DNA of 60,530 bases, the filler included. It is 5 parts of 5 records of this genome, joined end to end, with 100 filler letters (N's around TTAATTAATTAA, not from the genome) between each part and the next. Parts side by side here need not be neighbours in the genome. Positions count along the whole stretch, not along the records: positions 7,654 to 15,413 come from SRR31156797_30997; positions 15,514 to 32,805 come from SRR31156797_31048; 3 more parts are not named here. One strand, given 5' to 3'. Below, piece after piece: positions 9,508 through 20,813 of the stretch. Below the pieces are notes generated by a model. That model was not told the DNA's origin. It was given only the letters and a program-made list of their open reading frames with translations, and did no database searches. How positions within the stretch are numbered: the stretch's first letter is position 1; each line of letters starts with the position of its first letter. Both the position numbers and the translations under genes were made by a program.

Positions 9508-10293
9508 AAACTCTCTAACAGATCTAACAGATATACAGGCTTTTTTATCAATATCGATCTTAGCAAGGACACCTTCTATTACCAGATCTGTCTTCGAAGG
9601 CTGAAAGCTCTGCTGAATATTTGTAAGAAACCCTTTAAGACTTTCTTTTGCTCTAAACCCGATCACAGAGTTGAATGATCCGCATCTTCCAAGATCAGTA
9701 ATATATCCGGCTCTTTCATTAATTATTTTTGCATCAGATGTCTGAATATGGGTATGAGTCCCTGCAATAAGTTCAGCCTTATCTGAAAGAAAAATGCCCA
9801 TTGCCTCTTTTTCTGCAGTAGCTTCCGCGTGAAAATCAACAACAACGATATCTGCTCCATCTTCACGAAGTTTATTGATTTCCTTTTCAGCAGCGCTAAA
9901 AGGAGAGTCTACTGGAGCCATAAATACTTGGCCGAGGATATTTACTACACCGATCTTTTTTCCACTTTTCTCATGCGTAAACAGACAAGAGCCCTTTCCT
10001 GCAACACCATCCGGATAGTTTGCCGGTCTTATAATCTGGGGATAGTTATTGATGTATGAATAGATCTCTTTTTTATTCCAGATATGATTTCCGGAAGTAA
10101 TAACATTTACACCGCTAGCAAAAAGATCTTTTGCACAGGATTCTAAAAGTCCGGCTCCACCTGATGCGTTTTCTCCATTTGCAATAACAAGATCGACTTC
10201 ATTGTCTTTTATGAATTTGGGAAGAAGCTCTTTTACAACCCTTCTACCCGGACGACCGATAAGATCTCCGAGCATGAGAATTCTAATGTTCAA
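9502..10293 (-). CDS. ymdB: YmdB-family (TIGR00282) metallophosphoesterase
   Basis: GDLIGRPGR, NGENA, TSGNH, DFHAEAT and GTHTH motifs; directly downstream of rny. Confidence 0.92.
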   Translation of the reverse strand: MNIRILMLGDLIGRPGRRVVKELLPKFIKDNEVDLVIANGENASGGAGLLESCAKDLFASGVNVITSGNHIWNKKEIYSYINNYPQIIRPANYPDGVAGKGSCLFTHEKSGKKIGVVNILGQVFMAPVDSPFSAAEKEINKLREDGADIVVVDFHAEATAEKEAMGIFLSDKAELIAGTHTHIQTSDAKIINERAGYITDLGRCGSFNSVIGFRAKESLKGFLTNIQQSFQPSKTDLVIEGVLAKIDIDKKACISVRSVREFL

Positions 10294-10309
10294 GATATCA
10301 CCCTATAAA

Positions 10310-11857
10310 CTATTGAGCAGTACTGATAACTCTAGTCTCTCTAATAACAACGACTTTGATCTGTCCCGGATATGAAAGCTCTTCTTCAACTTTTCTAGCA
10401 ACATCATTTGCTAGAACATAAGCTTCCTCATCTCCAACCTTTGAAGTATCAACAAGAACTCTAAGTTCACGGCCAGCCTGAATAGCGAAAGCTTTATCAA
10501 CGCCATCAAAAGCGGTAGCTACATTTTCAAGCTCGGAAAGACGCTGAATGTATGCCTCTGTCATCTCTCTTCTAGCTCCAGGTCTTGCTCCACTAAGAGC
10601 ATCTGATGCAGAAATAATAACATCAAGAACTGTTTCAGGTTTAACTTCACCATGGTGAGCTGCAATCGCATTAACAATTCTCTTGCTCTCACCATACTTA
10701 AGTGCAAGTTTTGCACCGATGGATGCATGACTTCCCTCTATTTCATGGTCAACAGCTTTTCCAATATCATGAAGAAGACCTGCTCTTCTGCAATTTTTAA
10801 CACTTACGCCAAGATCTGAAGCCATAAGCCCTGCAAGAAAACCAGTCTCAATGCTGTGTTTCCATACATTCTGACCATAACTTGTTCTAAAACGGAGTCT
10901 TCCGACAAGAAGTACAAGCTCTGGATGCATCTTATGAATACCAAGGTCAAACATTGCCTGATCACCAACTTCTTTAATAGTCTTCCATACTTCTTTTGAA
11001 GCTGTGTTGAAAACCTCTTCAATTCTTCCTGGATGGATCCTTCCATCAGAAATAAGTTTCTGAAGTGTAAGAGAGGCGACCTGTCTTCTAACAGGATTAA
11101 AATCACTTATTACGACAGCTTCAGGAGTGTCATCAATAATGAGATCTACACCAGTTACTGCTTCAATTGCTCTAATATTACGGCCTTCTCTTCCAATTAT
11201 TCTTCCTTTCATTTCATCATTTGGAAGTGAAACAGTTGTGACTGTATTTTCAACAACATATTCACCTGCATATCTTTGAATTGCTGTAGAAATAATATCT
11301 TTTCCCTTCTTTTCAGCATCTTCAAGAAGGTTCTCTTCAATAACTTTTATCTTCTTTGCAGCAATATGCTTTGCTTCATCTTCAATTTTCTGGATCAATT
11401 GTTCCTTGGCATCTTCCTGTGTGAGTCCAGCGATCTTCTCAAGTTCAAGCTTAACTTTTGCACTATCTTCTTCAATTTTAACTTTCTGCTTTTCAAGATA
11501 TCCTTCAAAGTCCTTCTGTTTCTTTTCAACAGCCTTGAACTCTTTTTCTTTTGAGAGGTTAAGCTCATCTCTTGAAGCAAGCTGTTCTTCTCTTTTATTG
11601 AGTCTTTTTTCTCTTTCCTTAAACTCGTTCAAAAGACCGTTTTTCTGTCTTTCAGTCTCTTTTCTTCCATCGTTAACGATAGCTCGAGCCTCTTTTTCAG
11701 CTTCCTTTATAGCTTTTTCAGCATCTTTAATAGATTTGTCCAGCTCTTCTTTTGCCTTCTCATTCTTTTCCTTAAAGATAACTGTTCTAACAAGCGCCCA
11801 TATAATCGCTCCTATCGGAATACCGATCAGAAGCATAACAATTGCCATGATGTCCAT
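10310..11857 (-). CDS. rny: Ribonuclease Y
   Basis: N-terminal TM, coiled coil, KH domain (KGRIIGREGRNIR), HD domain (LLHDIGK). Confidence 0.97.
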   Translation of the reverse strand: MDIMAIVMLLIGIPIGAIIWALVRTVIFKEKNEKAKEELDKSIKDAEKAIKEAEKEARAIVNDGRKETERQKNGLLNEFKEREKRLNKREEQLASRDELNLSKEKEFKAVEKKQKDFEGYLEKQKVKIEEDSAKVKLELEKIAGLTQEDAKEQLIQKIEDEAKHIAAKKIKVIEENLLEDAEKKGKDIISTAIQRYAGEYVVENTVTTVSLPNDEMKGRIIGREGRNIRAIEAVTGVDLIIDDTPEAVVISDFNPVRRQVASLTLQKLISDGRIHPGRIEEVFNTASKEVWKTIKEVGDQAMFDLGIHKMHPELVLLVGRLRFRTSYGQNVWKHSIETGFLAGLMASDLGVSVKNCRRAGLLHDIGKAVDHEIEGSHASIGAKLALKYGESKRIVNAIAAHHGEVKPETVLDVIISASDALSGARPGARREMTEAYIQRLSELENVATAFDGVDKAFAIQAGRELRVLVDTSKVGDEEAYVLANDVARKVEEELSYPGQIKVVVIRETRVISTAQ

Positions 11858-11866
11858 ATCAACTCC

Positions 11867-12430
11867 TTATCTATTGTTGCAAAAAATTATATTTTCTTCA
11901 GTAATTACTGTATCAACTGGAATATCCTGCTCTTGTGAGAATCCGGGCTCAACGATCTGCATTTCATAGGAGATCCCCACAGCCACAGAATCTTTTTTAC
12001 GATGACTCAAAGTACAGTCATAATAACCGCCACCGTATCCAATCCTTTCGCCAGTCTTTGAAAAAGCAACTCCCGGAACTGCAAAAAGGTCTATTTCACT
12101 TATTTCAACCTTTTCAAGAGAGCTTTCAGGCTCCAATATTCCGTAGGCTCCGGACTTAAGATCATTTAAAGAACTGACTTTATAAAAATCCAACTTTCTT
12201 GTTTTCTTTACAACTTTTGGAAAAACAAAGGTCTTTTTCTCCTCTTGCAACAAGGCTAAAAGATCGACCTCGTTTCTAAAAGGACAGTAAAGAGCAACAA
12301 CACTAGAGTTTGCGTAAACATCTGAATTTACAAGCTTTTTAAGAATATTGCTGCTGAAAGCATGGACCTGAGATTCGGTCTGGAGTTTCCTCGCCGCCAG
12401 AATCTCTCTCCGGAGATCTTCTTTAGCCAA
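11867..12430 (-). CDS. ygfA: 5-formyltetrahydrofolate cyclo-ligase (probable TTG start at 12430)
   Basis: K-x-x-LR N-terminus, GILEP, VPGVAF-x-x-x-G-x-RIGYGGGYYD. Confidence 0.9.
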   Translation of the reverse strand: MAKEDLRREILAARKLQTESQVHAFSSNILKKLVNSDVYANSSVVALYCPFRNEVDLLALLQEEKKTFVFPKVVKKTRKLDFYKVSSLNDLKSGAYGILEPESSLEKVEISEIDLFAVPGVAFSKTGERIGYGGGYYDCTLSHRKKDSVAVGISYEMQIVEPGFSQEQDIPVDTVITEENIIFCNNR

Positions 12431-12641
12431 TCTATCTAAAAGCCCCTGCGGGCTTCCTCCTAGGAACAAAATTATTATATATATAAAACTGCTAAAAATG
12501 CAGTTGTTGTCCAAAAATACATATATTGTATCAGATTGTCAAATTTTAATCTTATTCAGAATAACAATTCCAATACTTTCCTTATATGAATTTGTGATTA
12601 TAATCTCGGTGGTGTTTATTGGATTTTAAAAAGGTATCGCA

Positions 12642-14246
12642 ATGCTGATGTATATTTTCGGAGTCATTCTTCTTGGAATAGTTGTGTTCATACATGAACT
12701 TGGACATTTTCTTTTTGCTAAGCTTTTCAACGTTGAGGTAACAGCTTTTTCAATAGGTTTTGGAAAACCGATCATTAAATGGAAAAAGGGAGACACTGAA
12801 TACCGTCTTTCTATGATCCCTCTTGGCGGATATGTTAAAATGACCGGTGAAACTCCAAACGATGAAAGAGAGTTGACAGAAGATGAGATCGCCGTTTCCT
12901 ATTCACATAAAAAATGGTGGCAGAAGGTCGTTATCGCCCTTGCTGGACCACTTTTTAATATTATACTTGCTGTTTTCGTGTTTTTCATTGTCTCATTTTA
13001 TGAGCATACAGCTCCTGCAGCTATTATCGAATACATTGCTCCTGATGGTGCAGCAGCTTTTGCAGGAATTAATGAAGGTGACAGGATCATATCAATAAAC
13101 AAAAACAAAGTTTATGTCTGGGAGGATATTTCCATCAACCTCAACAAAAACACACTGAGCTGTCCCGAAGTAGTTGTGGAAATAAAAAAGTTCGGATCTG
13201 ATGCAACCACACTCTATGCTGTAAAACCTAAGGTTGGATCATATCAGGATAATTTTAATGAAACGAAAAGAAGATGTGAGATAGGAATTGCCAGACTTCC
13301 CCGTAATACAGTGATAACACTATCATCAAAAGTTAATGGCCTGGAAACAGGTGACAGAGTTCTGGAAGTAAACGGAAAAGTTGTTGACAGGTTTTACAAA
13401 CTCATGCATCGTCTCAAAGTCGAACCGGTATCAGAACTAAAGATCTTTAGGGCTGGAGCTGAAAAGATTGTCAAATTTGAGTCTGTGAACGACCTTTACA
13501 CAAGAGTGATCTACGGCGGCATGATGCTCAGAGAGGTTGAAAAAGACTCTTTTTCAGAAACATCAGGATTTAAAACTGGAGATACAATCGTTTCCGTTAA
13601 CGGAAAAAACACAACGATTCCTTATCAGTTTTATTCGGCACTTTCAAGTCTTAAGGAAAATGATGAAGCAGCAGTTGATATTATCAGAAATTCCGAACTT
13701 CAGAAAATTGCTTTTAAAGTTGCCATTGAAGAAAAAGACAATGCATATACTGGCGCTAAAGAAAGAAAAGTAAAGTGGGGGGCGAAGTTTAACTTTGACT
13801 ACAACGTTCCGGAAATAATGGCAAAAAGAGCGAACCCTGCTCTATTTTCTATAAAATATGCTTTCGGGCAGACGTGGAACATGATCGACATGACCTTGAA
13901 GGGGTTCTGGTATCTAGTTTCCGGAAAAATGTCTGCAAAAAGTCTTGGCGGACCGATAATGATCTTTGATATTTCTAAAAGAGCCGCGGAAGCAGGTTTA
14001 AAACATTTTTTATTCATACTCGCTGTAATCAGTATTAACCTGGGAATAATCAATCTTTTCCCTGTCCCCATTCTTGACGGTGGACACATAGTAATGTATA
14101 CTTTTGAAGGTATTTCGGGGAAAAAGATCCCTATTTCGATCAAGGAGAAAATACTGACTGTGGGATTTATACTTCTCATGTTACTAATGGCTTTTGCCAT
14201 TTTTAATGACTTTTCCAGATACTTTTCAATTTTTACAGGTGGATGA
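12642..14246 (+). CDS. rseP: RIP metalloprotease RseP
   Basis: HELGH, FSIGFG, IPLGGYVKM, AGPLFN, PDZ domains, NLFPVPILDGG. Confidence 0.95.
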   Translation: MLMYIFGVILLGIVVFIHELGHFLFAKLFNVEVTAFSIGFGKPIIKWKKGDTEYRLSMIPLGGYVKMTGETPNDERELTEDEIAVSYSHKKWWQKVVIALAGPLFNIILAVFVFFIVSFYEHTAPAAIIEYIAPDGAAAFAGINEGDRIISINKNKVYVWEDISINLNKNTLSCPEVVVEIKKFGSDATTLYAVKPKVGSYQDNFNETKRRCEIGIARLPRNTVITLSSKVNGLETGDRVLEVNGKVVDRFYKLMHRLKVEPVSELKIFRAGAEKIVKFESVNDLYTRVIYGGMMLREVEKDSFSETSGFKTGDTIVSVNGKNTTIPYQFYSALSSLKENDEAAVDIIRNSELQKIAFKVAIEEKDNAYTGAKERKVKWGAKFNFDYNVPEIMAKRANPALFSIKYAFGQTWNMIDMTLKGFWYLVSGKMSAKSLGGPIMIFDISKRAAEAGLKHFLFILAVISINLGIINLFPVPILDGGHIVMYTFEGISGKKIPISIKEKILTVGFILLMLLMAFAIFNDFSRYFSIFTGG

Positions 14247-15164
14247 TTGGAAAATTTTTTAGTTTTTGATGTATCTTCACAAACAAATCTCTACTGTGGA
14301 GAAATAGATGGAGATAGGTTCTTCTTCTGTAAAGAATACCAAAAAGGAGAAATGAACCGGAAACTACCGGATGTGATAACTGACATTAAGAATAAACTTT
14401 CAGGTCGTAAAGATGTAACTGTCATTGTCGGCACAGGCCCGGGATCATTTACAGGGCTTAAGACCGGACTTTCAATGTTCATTGGCATGCTATATTCTAT
14501 CGGCATCATTAAAATAAGAACCATTTCCTCCCTCAAACTCTTTTTTATACTGTCTCAAAAGAAAAGTGATTATACACTTTCGATCTCACCATTTAATAGA
14601 GACGAACTCTTTTTCTCACTTTTTGATAGATCCGGAAAAACCACTATCAACGATGAACATGATAAAGGTCCCTATGATAAAATCTCTCAAGCAATTGAAA
14701 TTACCGCAGATAAAACAATAGATATCCTCAGTCTCCAGAATATATCTGAGGATGTTGAAAAAGTTTTAAGAAATATCTTTAAAAATGCTCAGTTTGATAA
14801 ACTGTCTTTTCCTGAGAATTTTGACCCGGAAGGAACAGAGGCCCTGGACATTTCAAAAGAGCCGCTTCTTTTAAACTACGTAGCGTATCCTGCAAATATT
14901 AAGGAAAGCCAAAATATTTATGTAAACAACATTGAGAGGAATGACATGAAGGTCGAGAATCTTTCTATTAATGACATCAATGACAAACTTAAAAAACTCA
15001 GAGAAGAGCACAAAAGATTTGATGAAATGTCAGATAGTCTTGCTCAGAAAAACTATCTTACTCCCTCAGATGAAATGGAACTCAATACGTTAAGAAAGAA
15101 AAAACTTCTTAAAAAGGATATGATCTCATACTACGAGAACATTTTGGACAAGCAGATCACTTAG
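14247..15164 (+). CDS. tsaB: tRNA t6A modification protein TsaB fused in frame to a C-terminal DUF465/YdcH-like coiled coil
   Basis: VGTGPGSFTGLK motif; tail LREEH...LTPSDEMELNTLRKKKLLKKDMI resembles DUF465; internal SD and ATG at 14946. Confidence 0.75.
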   Translation: MENFLVFDVSSQTNLYCGEIDGDRFFFCKEYQKGEMNRKLPDVITDIKNKLSGRKDVTVIVGTGPGSFTGLKTGLSMFIGMLYSIGIIKIRTISSLKLFFILSQKKSDYTLSISPFNRDELFFSLFDRSGKTTINDEHDKGPYDKISQAIEITADKTIDILSLQNISEDVEKVLRNIFKNAQFDKLSFPENFDPEGTEALDISKEPLLLNYVAYPANIKESQNIYVNNIERNDMKVENLSINDINDKLKKLREEHKRFDEMSDSLAQKNYLTPSDEMELNTLRKKKLLKKDMISYYENILDKQIT

Positions 15165-15261
15165 TGTCTTTCGACATCAAATTACTGTATTATTTGACTT
15201 AAACTATGGTCGATGATAACATTTTCGCGCTTAATGTTATAGACTTTTGGGGGAAAGAATA

Positions 15262-15413
15262 ATGAAGAAAGGGTTTCTTCTTCTGTTGTTAATTTCACTT
15301 AGTTGCATTCCAGTTTACAGTGCACCTAAAAAGAAATTCTCACCGGAAAAGACTGAAAAGGTAAAAAAAGAAGGGGAAAAAGCATCTGAAAAATCTTCTG
15401 AAAAAGATAAGAA
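15262..15413 (+). CDS. N-terminus of a secreted protein, truncated by the contig end
   Basis: MKKGFLLLLLISLSCIPVYSA signal peptide, then a Lys/Glu-rich stretch. Confidence 0.5.
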
Positions 15414-15513
15414 NNNNNNNNNNNNNNNNNNNNNNNNNNNNNNNNNNNNNNNNNNNNTTAATTAATTAANNNNNNNNNNNNNNNNNNNNNNNNNNNNNNN
15501 NNNNNNNNNNNNN
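15414..15513. other. Artificial contig-joining spacer
   Basis: N44-TTAATTAATTAA-N44. Confidence 0.97.
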
Positions 15514-15514
15514 A

Positions 15515-15958
15515 GGAGAGGCGGGCAAGGGTTTTGCTGTTGTGGCGAATGAGATTAAAGAGTTGGCAAAACAAACATCAGAAGCTGCGGGGCAGATTAA
15601 AGATCGTGTAAATATCTTTCAGTCAACCACTGGAGGTTCTGTGAAAAGCATAGGAAAAATTTCACAGGTCATCGGTAATATAAACGATATCGTTTCGACT
15701 ATAGCGACCGCGATTGAAGAACAGACTGCAACGACTGCTGAGATTTCAAGCAACATCGCACAGGTATCACAAGGATTAACAGAAGTAAACGAGAACGTTT
15801 CGCAGAGCGCCGTAGTTTCATCAACAATTTCAGAAGATCTCAGTTCGGTCAATCATGCTGTTGTTGAAATGGCTACCGGAAGCGGTGTGCTTAAGGAAAA
15901 TGCTGAAAAACTAAATGATCTAGCACAAAAACTTGGTAACCTGATTCAAAATTATTAA
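15515..15958 (+). CDS. Methyl-accepting chemotaxis protein, C-terminal part
   Basis: [18 protein letters not shown] signalling-tip motif and [10 protein letters not shown] methylation helix. Confidence 0.93.
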   Translation, partial: GEAGKGFAVVANEIKELAKQTSEAAGQIKDRVNIFQSTTGGSVKSIGKISQVIGNINDIVSTIATAIEEQTATTAEISSNIAQVSQGLTEVNENVSQSAVVSSTISEDLSSVNHAVVEMATGSGVLKENAEKLNDLAQKLGNLIQNY

Positions 15959-15963
15959 TTCGT

Positions 15964-16327
15964 GTATTAGCTACCCGACACATGTTAAGTTTATTCCACG
16001 TCAAAATTTGACGGTAGAAAACTTGACCACAAGATACGAGAACAGATACGCATACGTGCAGTAAAACGCATTGAAGCCGATGGAACTTCAGAAGTTATTA
16101 CCAAGGTACTCGGCTTCCATCGCTCCTGTATCTATGAATGGATTGCTAAATATCGCGAAGGTGGCGTTGAGGCCTTGAGGGCAAACCAATTCCCGGAGCG
16201 ACCCCAAACTCAACGGCAAACAACTTCAGTGGATTTGTAAAACGGTTGTAGGTAAAAACCCGCTGCAGCTCAAGTTGCCTTTTGCTCTTTGGGCGCGAGC
16301 GATGGTCAAGGAGTTGATCAAGCATAA
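15964..16327 (+). pseudogene. IS630-family transposase N-terminal remnant, frameshifted and interrupted by IS5
   Basis: Manual translation: DGRKLDHKIREQIRIRAVKR...GFHRSCIYEWIAKYREGG, then in another frame KLNGKQLQW...[16 protein letters not shown] at the expected start position. Confidence 0.75.
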
Positions 16328-17623
16328 GGGTTTCTTGAATAATTGTTGTAATAAAATGACTGTTGTTTTATTCGTAACTGGTTGAGTTGCCACTATTATG
16401 TTGTAGCTGGCAGGTGCCTAATCGCTACCCCGTCCTAGCCATAACGGAGCCCAACATGATTCAGCCTGGATTTTTTGACCTTGACCAACGTATGCGTAAA
16501 ATCGATAGCAATGGTGATCCGCTCACTAAGATGAATCAAGCCGTTGACTGGGAACTCTTTCGCCCAATCCTGGAAGAGGTCAGGCCTAAACCAGAACCTT
16601 CCAAAGCGGGGCGTAGAGGATATGAGGTTGTCCTACTATTCGAGGTTCTTGTTCTCCAGTCGCTCTATAATCTCTCTGATGATGCGATAGAGTACCAGAT
16701 CCTCGACCGTCACTCTTTTTGCCGTTTCCTTGGGCTCCATATTGGCAGCGATGTTCCCGACGCAACGACTATCTGGAACTTTCGAGAAGATCTCGGCGTG
16801 GCAGGCAAAATTGAAGAGCTGTTTGCCAGGTTTGAACAGTACCTTAAGGACAGTGGCTTTACAGCGCTGAAAGGGCGCAAATTGTTGATGCCAGCATAGT
16901 CAATGTGCCCAAGCAGCGTAACAGTCGGGAAGAAAATAGCCAGATAAAGGAAGGTAAGGTGCCCGACAATTGGAGCAAGAACAAGCGTAGCCGTAAAGAG
17001 GTTGATGCTCGGTGGACCAAGAAAAATGGGAAATCCTATTTCGGCTACAAGAATCATATCTCGGTGGATGCTAAGCACAAGCTTGTCCGTGGCTGGCAGG
17101 TGACCCATGCCGCCGTGTATGACAGCAATGTTTTTGAAGATATTCTTTCTGACAACACCAGCCGTGATGTCTGGGCTGACTCTGCATATTACTCAGAGAA
17201 GCGCCTGCAGCACCTTGCCGATGAAGGTTCTCGGGAGCGTATCCAACGGAAAGGTTCTCGTAATCGTAAGCTGTCGAAGCGGGAACAGCAGAGTAACCGG
17301 ACCAGATCAAGAATACGTTCCCGGGGTGAGCATGTGTTCGGGGTCCAGGCTCAGAAGGCTGGCACCCTGATACTACGGACCGTTGGGATTGCCAGGGCAA
17401 AGGTGAAGGTAGGGCTGGGAAACCCTGGCGTAAAATATGGATCGATTAGGGGCTCTACTGGCAATAATAGTCAACAGGGATACAGATAATTGCCCGAATT
17501 CTCGCTCCAGCCACTAAAAACACAGTAGATGTGGCGAGAATCCTGGACATTTAAAATGCTACCGGGCAAATTTTGTGACGTCATAAGCCAAAAAACAAGA
17601 GCTGCTGATTAATCAAGATTTCC
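16328..17623 (+). mobile_element. IS5-family insertion sequence (about 1.3 kb), defective
   Basis: Imperfect terminal IRs GGGTTTCTTGAATAAT (16328-16343) and reverse complement GGAAATCTTGATTAAT (17608-17623), 12/16 identical; no clear target duplication. Confidence 0.7.
16456..17489 (+). pseudogene. IS5 transposase, frameshifted
   Basis: LQSLYNLSD, VPDATTIWNFRE, DARWTKK-x-x-KSYFGYKNH, ADSAY and EHVFG motifs; frameshift near 16875 (KGQIVDAS split) and a second lesion near 17422. Confidence 0.88.
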
Positions 17624-17741
17624 TCAAGATTTTACAGGCAGGGTAGGATTCATCCCTCAGCGCTGGAGGATCTTGAATTGGAATATAATTTTGAAAATCG
17701 CTATAGATAACCCCTTCCCAAAAGTCCTTTGGCAGGTTTAT

Positions 17742-20700
17742 ATGCGTTTTTATTGCACTATTCTTTTGGTTCTCATATCAGTGGCAGTGCAATATCAGGA
17801 TACCATTGCGTCATCCCCTCCCAATCGGCAAAAGTCCCTCAGAATGGTGGTCCTGCACTCCTATGACAGTGAGCTGCCCTGGGTAAAATCCACCACAGAC
17901 GGTCTTCGGGAGACTGTAAAGGGGATCAAGGGAGTCAGGTTTTCCCTGTACATCGAACACCTTGACCTGGCCCGGGAAAATCAGCCTGAGTACCGACAAA
18001 AAATAAAGGAAGTGATCCACCTGAAGTACCGGGACAAACAACCGGATATCGTCCTTTGTATTGATACCCTGGCCACCCGGTTCTTTCACTACCATAAATC
18101 AGACCTCTTTCCCGATGTTCCTGCGATTTTTTCCATAACAAAACAGCCCTATCGGCAGGTAAAGAATCTCATGCCGGAGAACTCGGCTGTGGTATTGAAC
18201 CAGGTGGATTATGCAGGTACCTTGGATCTGGCGTTAAAGCTTTTTCCCAAGACCCGAAATATTGTTGTGATCAATGGCCGGACAAAGGGAGGACGCCTCT
18301 CAGAGGAAAAGGTAAAACAAATCAGCTCCCGGTATGAAAACTCTATCCGGTTCCGCTATCTGTCCGGGCTGGAATACGGGCAAATACTAAAAACCGTTGA
18401 AACCCTACCCGAACACTCAATTGTGTTTCAACTCATTTTCCTTGCAGATATCAACGGAAAAAAACATATTCCGGCCCAGGTGGTGGAGGAGGTCTCCCAA
18501 CGGGCCTGCGCCCCGGTTTTCAGCCTGTATGAGCCAATGATCGGACACGGCACCATCGGCGGCCGGATGGTCTCCCCCCTGGATATACAGGGGGATGTGG
18601 TCCGGTTGGCCATACAATTGCTGGAAAACCCCAAGGATACAGCGGGAACCATTCTCACAACCGCAACCAGGCCCATATTTGACTGGCGGCAACTGAAAAA
18701 ATGGAAGGTCAAAGAAAAAATTCTGCCCTGGGAAAGCGACATCAGGTTCAGACAATACTCTTTTTTTCAACTGCACCGTCAAAAGGTCATTGCCGGGGCA
18801 GTCCTTTTGCTGCTACAGGCTGTTTTGATCCTCTTCCTTATAATAAACCTGATCCGCCGGAAAAAGACAGAAGCCTCTTTGCTGGAGTCCCGGAAACAGC
18901 TGGAAGAAAGCCTGGAAGAGCTTTCCTTGAAAAATTTTGTTCTTGAAAATGCACCGGTCTCTGTTATCTGGCTGGATTCAACCGGCCATATCTTTTATGC
19001 CAATAAAATGGCAGCCCGCTCCAGGGGCTATACGCAACAGGAAATTCTTGGTTTAAATATCTGGGACATTGATCTTAAATTGACAAAAGAACGCTTTGCC
19101 GAGTTTTGGCATCAGATGGAAGACGGGATCCCATTGAATTCGGAATCCGTTCATATCAGAAAGGACGGATCAGTATTTCCCATTGAAGTGCATGCCCGGC
19201 AGAACACCTATAAAAACCAGCGGCTTAATTTCGGATTTGTCTATGATATTTCAAAACGAAAAATTGCTGAAGAAAATCTGAAAATCAGTGAAGACCGTCA
19301 CCGCTCCATTGTGAGAAGCGCCATGGACGGCTTTATGATAACCGACTTTAAAGGCCGTCTGACCCAAGTGAACCCGGCATACTGCCAGATGCTCGGATAT
19401 ACGGAAAAAGAGCTTTTGTCCATGTCCATTAAGGACGTGGAGGCCTTATTTACCGAGGATGAAATCCAAAGTCAGATCGCAGAAATTGTACAACAGGGGC
19501 AGATACGATTTGAAAGCCGGCATCGCCACAAGAGCGGCCGAATTTTGGATGTGGAGCTGAGCAGCCAGTATCAGGCAAGCCATGGGGAGAACCTCTTTTA
19601 TTTTATCCGGGATCTCACTGAGCAAAAACAGGTCCAGTCCGCACTTCAGCAGTCCCAGAAAATGGAGGCCGTCGGAACGCTGGCAGGAGGAATTGCCCAT
19701 GATTTCAACAACATCCTTGGTGCCATTATCGGCTATGCCGACCTGATCCGCCACCGATACAAGGACAACAACGATCTTATCCGTCATGTTGAGCAGATCC
19801 TCCATGCCGGCCGCCGGGCAAAGGGTCTGGTCATGCAGATTCTTTTGTTCAGCCGGAAAAGCGATCAACAAAGCATCCCCCTTGATATCCAGCCCATGGT
19901 CAAGGAAATCATCAGACTTTTGCAGGTGACCCTACCGCCTGGCATTGAAATCGAACCCTCTTTTACAACCCTGCCCGGAAAAATTCTGGCAGATCCGGAC
20001 CAGATCCATCAAATCATCATGAACCTTTGCACCAATGCCATTTATGCCATGGAAGACAAGGGCGTGCTCTCCATCGAGCTGGAGGAAGTGCTTCTGGATG
20101 ACACCATGGCCGCTGCATTGCCCGGACTTCAACCGGGCAGATTTATCAGGCTTAAGATCAGTGACACCGGATGCGGTATTCCCAGTGAGATAGTGGACCA
20201 GATTTTCGATCCCTTTTTTACCACCAAACCCCAGGGAAAAGGAACCGGCCTTGGGCTGTCCGTGGTTCACGGAATATTGAAAAGCCATGGCGGGGCTGTC
20301 AAAGTTTACAGTGAACCCGGACAAGGCACGACATTCAATATTTTTCTGCCGGTAAGCCAGGACGGAGATGCAATTGAGCCTGCCGCAGACAAGATTGTTC
20401 CCACAGGTTCTGAAACAATCCTGCTTGTGGACGATGAAACCGCCCTGGTGGATGTGGCAAAAACCGTGCTTGAACGACTGGGGTATACCATCCAGGGGTT
20501 TTCAGACAGCCAAAAGGCCTGGCAGCATTTTAAAAGGAATCCCGGCCAATTCGACCTGGTGCTTACAGATAAAAATATGCCGGGATTGACAGGAATTCAA
20601 CTGGCGGAAATGGTACAGGCCATATGCCCAGGCATTCCCATTATCATGTGCACGGGATTTTTCGATGCCCCAGCTGCTGAGCTGGCTGAAAAGGCGGGAA

Positions 20701-20786
20701 TTCTGGATATACTTAACAAGCCGGTTCTCACGGATGAGCTGGCCATTGCCATTAGAGGGGCACTTAGTAATCAAAGGGAGCAATAA
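17742..20786 (+). CDS. Hybrid sensor histidine kinase (periplasmic ligand-binding domain, 2 PAS, HisKA, HATPase, REC)
   Basis: [14 protein letters not shown]-box, [26 protein letters not shown], receiver LLVDDE...D-x-x-MP; start moved to ATG 17742 (signal-like N-terminus). Confidence 0.92.
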   Translation: MRFYCTILLVLISVAVQYQDTIASSPPNRQKSLRMVVLHSYDSELPWVKSTTDGLRETVKGIKGVRFSLYIEHLDLARENQPEYRQKIKEVIHLKYRDKQPDIVLCIDTLATRFFHYHKSDLFPDVPAIFSITKQPYRQVKNLMPENSAVVLNQVDYAGTLDLALKLFPKTRNIVVINGRTKGGRLSEEKVKQISSRYENSIRFRYLSGLEYGQILKTVETLPEHSIVFQLIFLADINGKKHIPAQVVEEVSQRACAPVFSLYEPMIGHGTIGGRMVSPLDIQGDVVRLAIQLLENPKDTAGTILTTATRPIFDWRQLKKWKVKEKILPWESDIRFRQYSFFQLHRQKVIAGAVLLLLQAVLILFLIINLIRRKKTEASLLESRKQLEESLEELSLKNFVLENAPVSVIWLDSTGHIFYANKMAARSRGYTQQEILGLNIWDIDLKLTKERFAEFWHQMEDGIPLNSESVHIRKDGSVFPIEVHARQNTYKNQRLNFGFVYDISKRKIAEENLKISEDRHRSIVRSAMDGFMITDFKGRLTQVNPAYCQMLGYTEKELLSMSIKDVEALFTEDEIQSQIAEIVQQGQIRFESRHRHKSGRILDVELSSQYQASHGENLFYFIRDLTEQKQVQSALQQSQKMEAVGTLAGGIAHDFNNILGAIIGYADLIRHRYKDNNDLIRHVEQILHAGRRAKGLVMQILLFSRKSDQQSIPLDIQPMVKEIIRLLQVTLPPGIEIEPSFTTLPGKILADPDQIHQIIMNLCTNAIYAMEDKGVLSIELEEVLLDDTMAAALPGLQPGRFIRLKISDTGCGIPSEIVDQIFDPFFTTKPQGKGTGLGLSVVHGILKSHGGAVKVYSEPGQGTTFNIFLPVSQDGDAIEPAADKIVPTGSETILLVDDETALVDVAKTVLERLGYTIQGFSDSQKAWQHFKRNPGQFDLVLTDKNMPGLTGIQLAEMVQAICPGIPIIMCTGFFDAPAAELAEKAGILDILNKPVLTDELAIAIRGALSNQREQ

Positions 20787-20813
20787 CGGCTGACACTCCC
20801 TCTTTTGTGGGGC

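Noticed and set aside
12431-12641. 6S RNA expected upstream of ygfA
   Set aside because: Region is AT-rich with no long self-complementary rod that I could find; an Rfam search would confirm.
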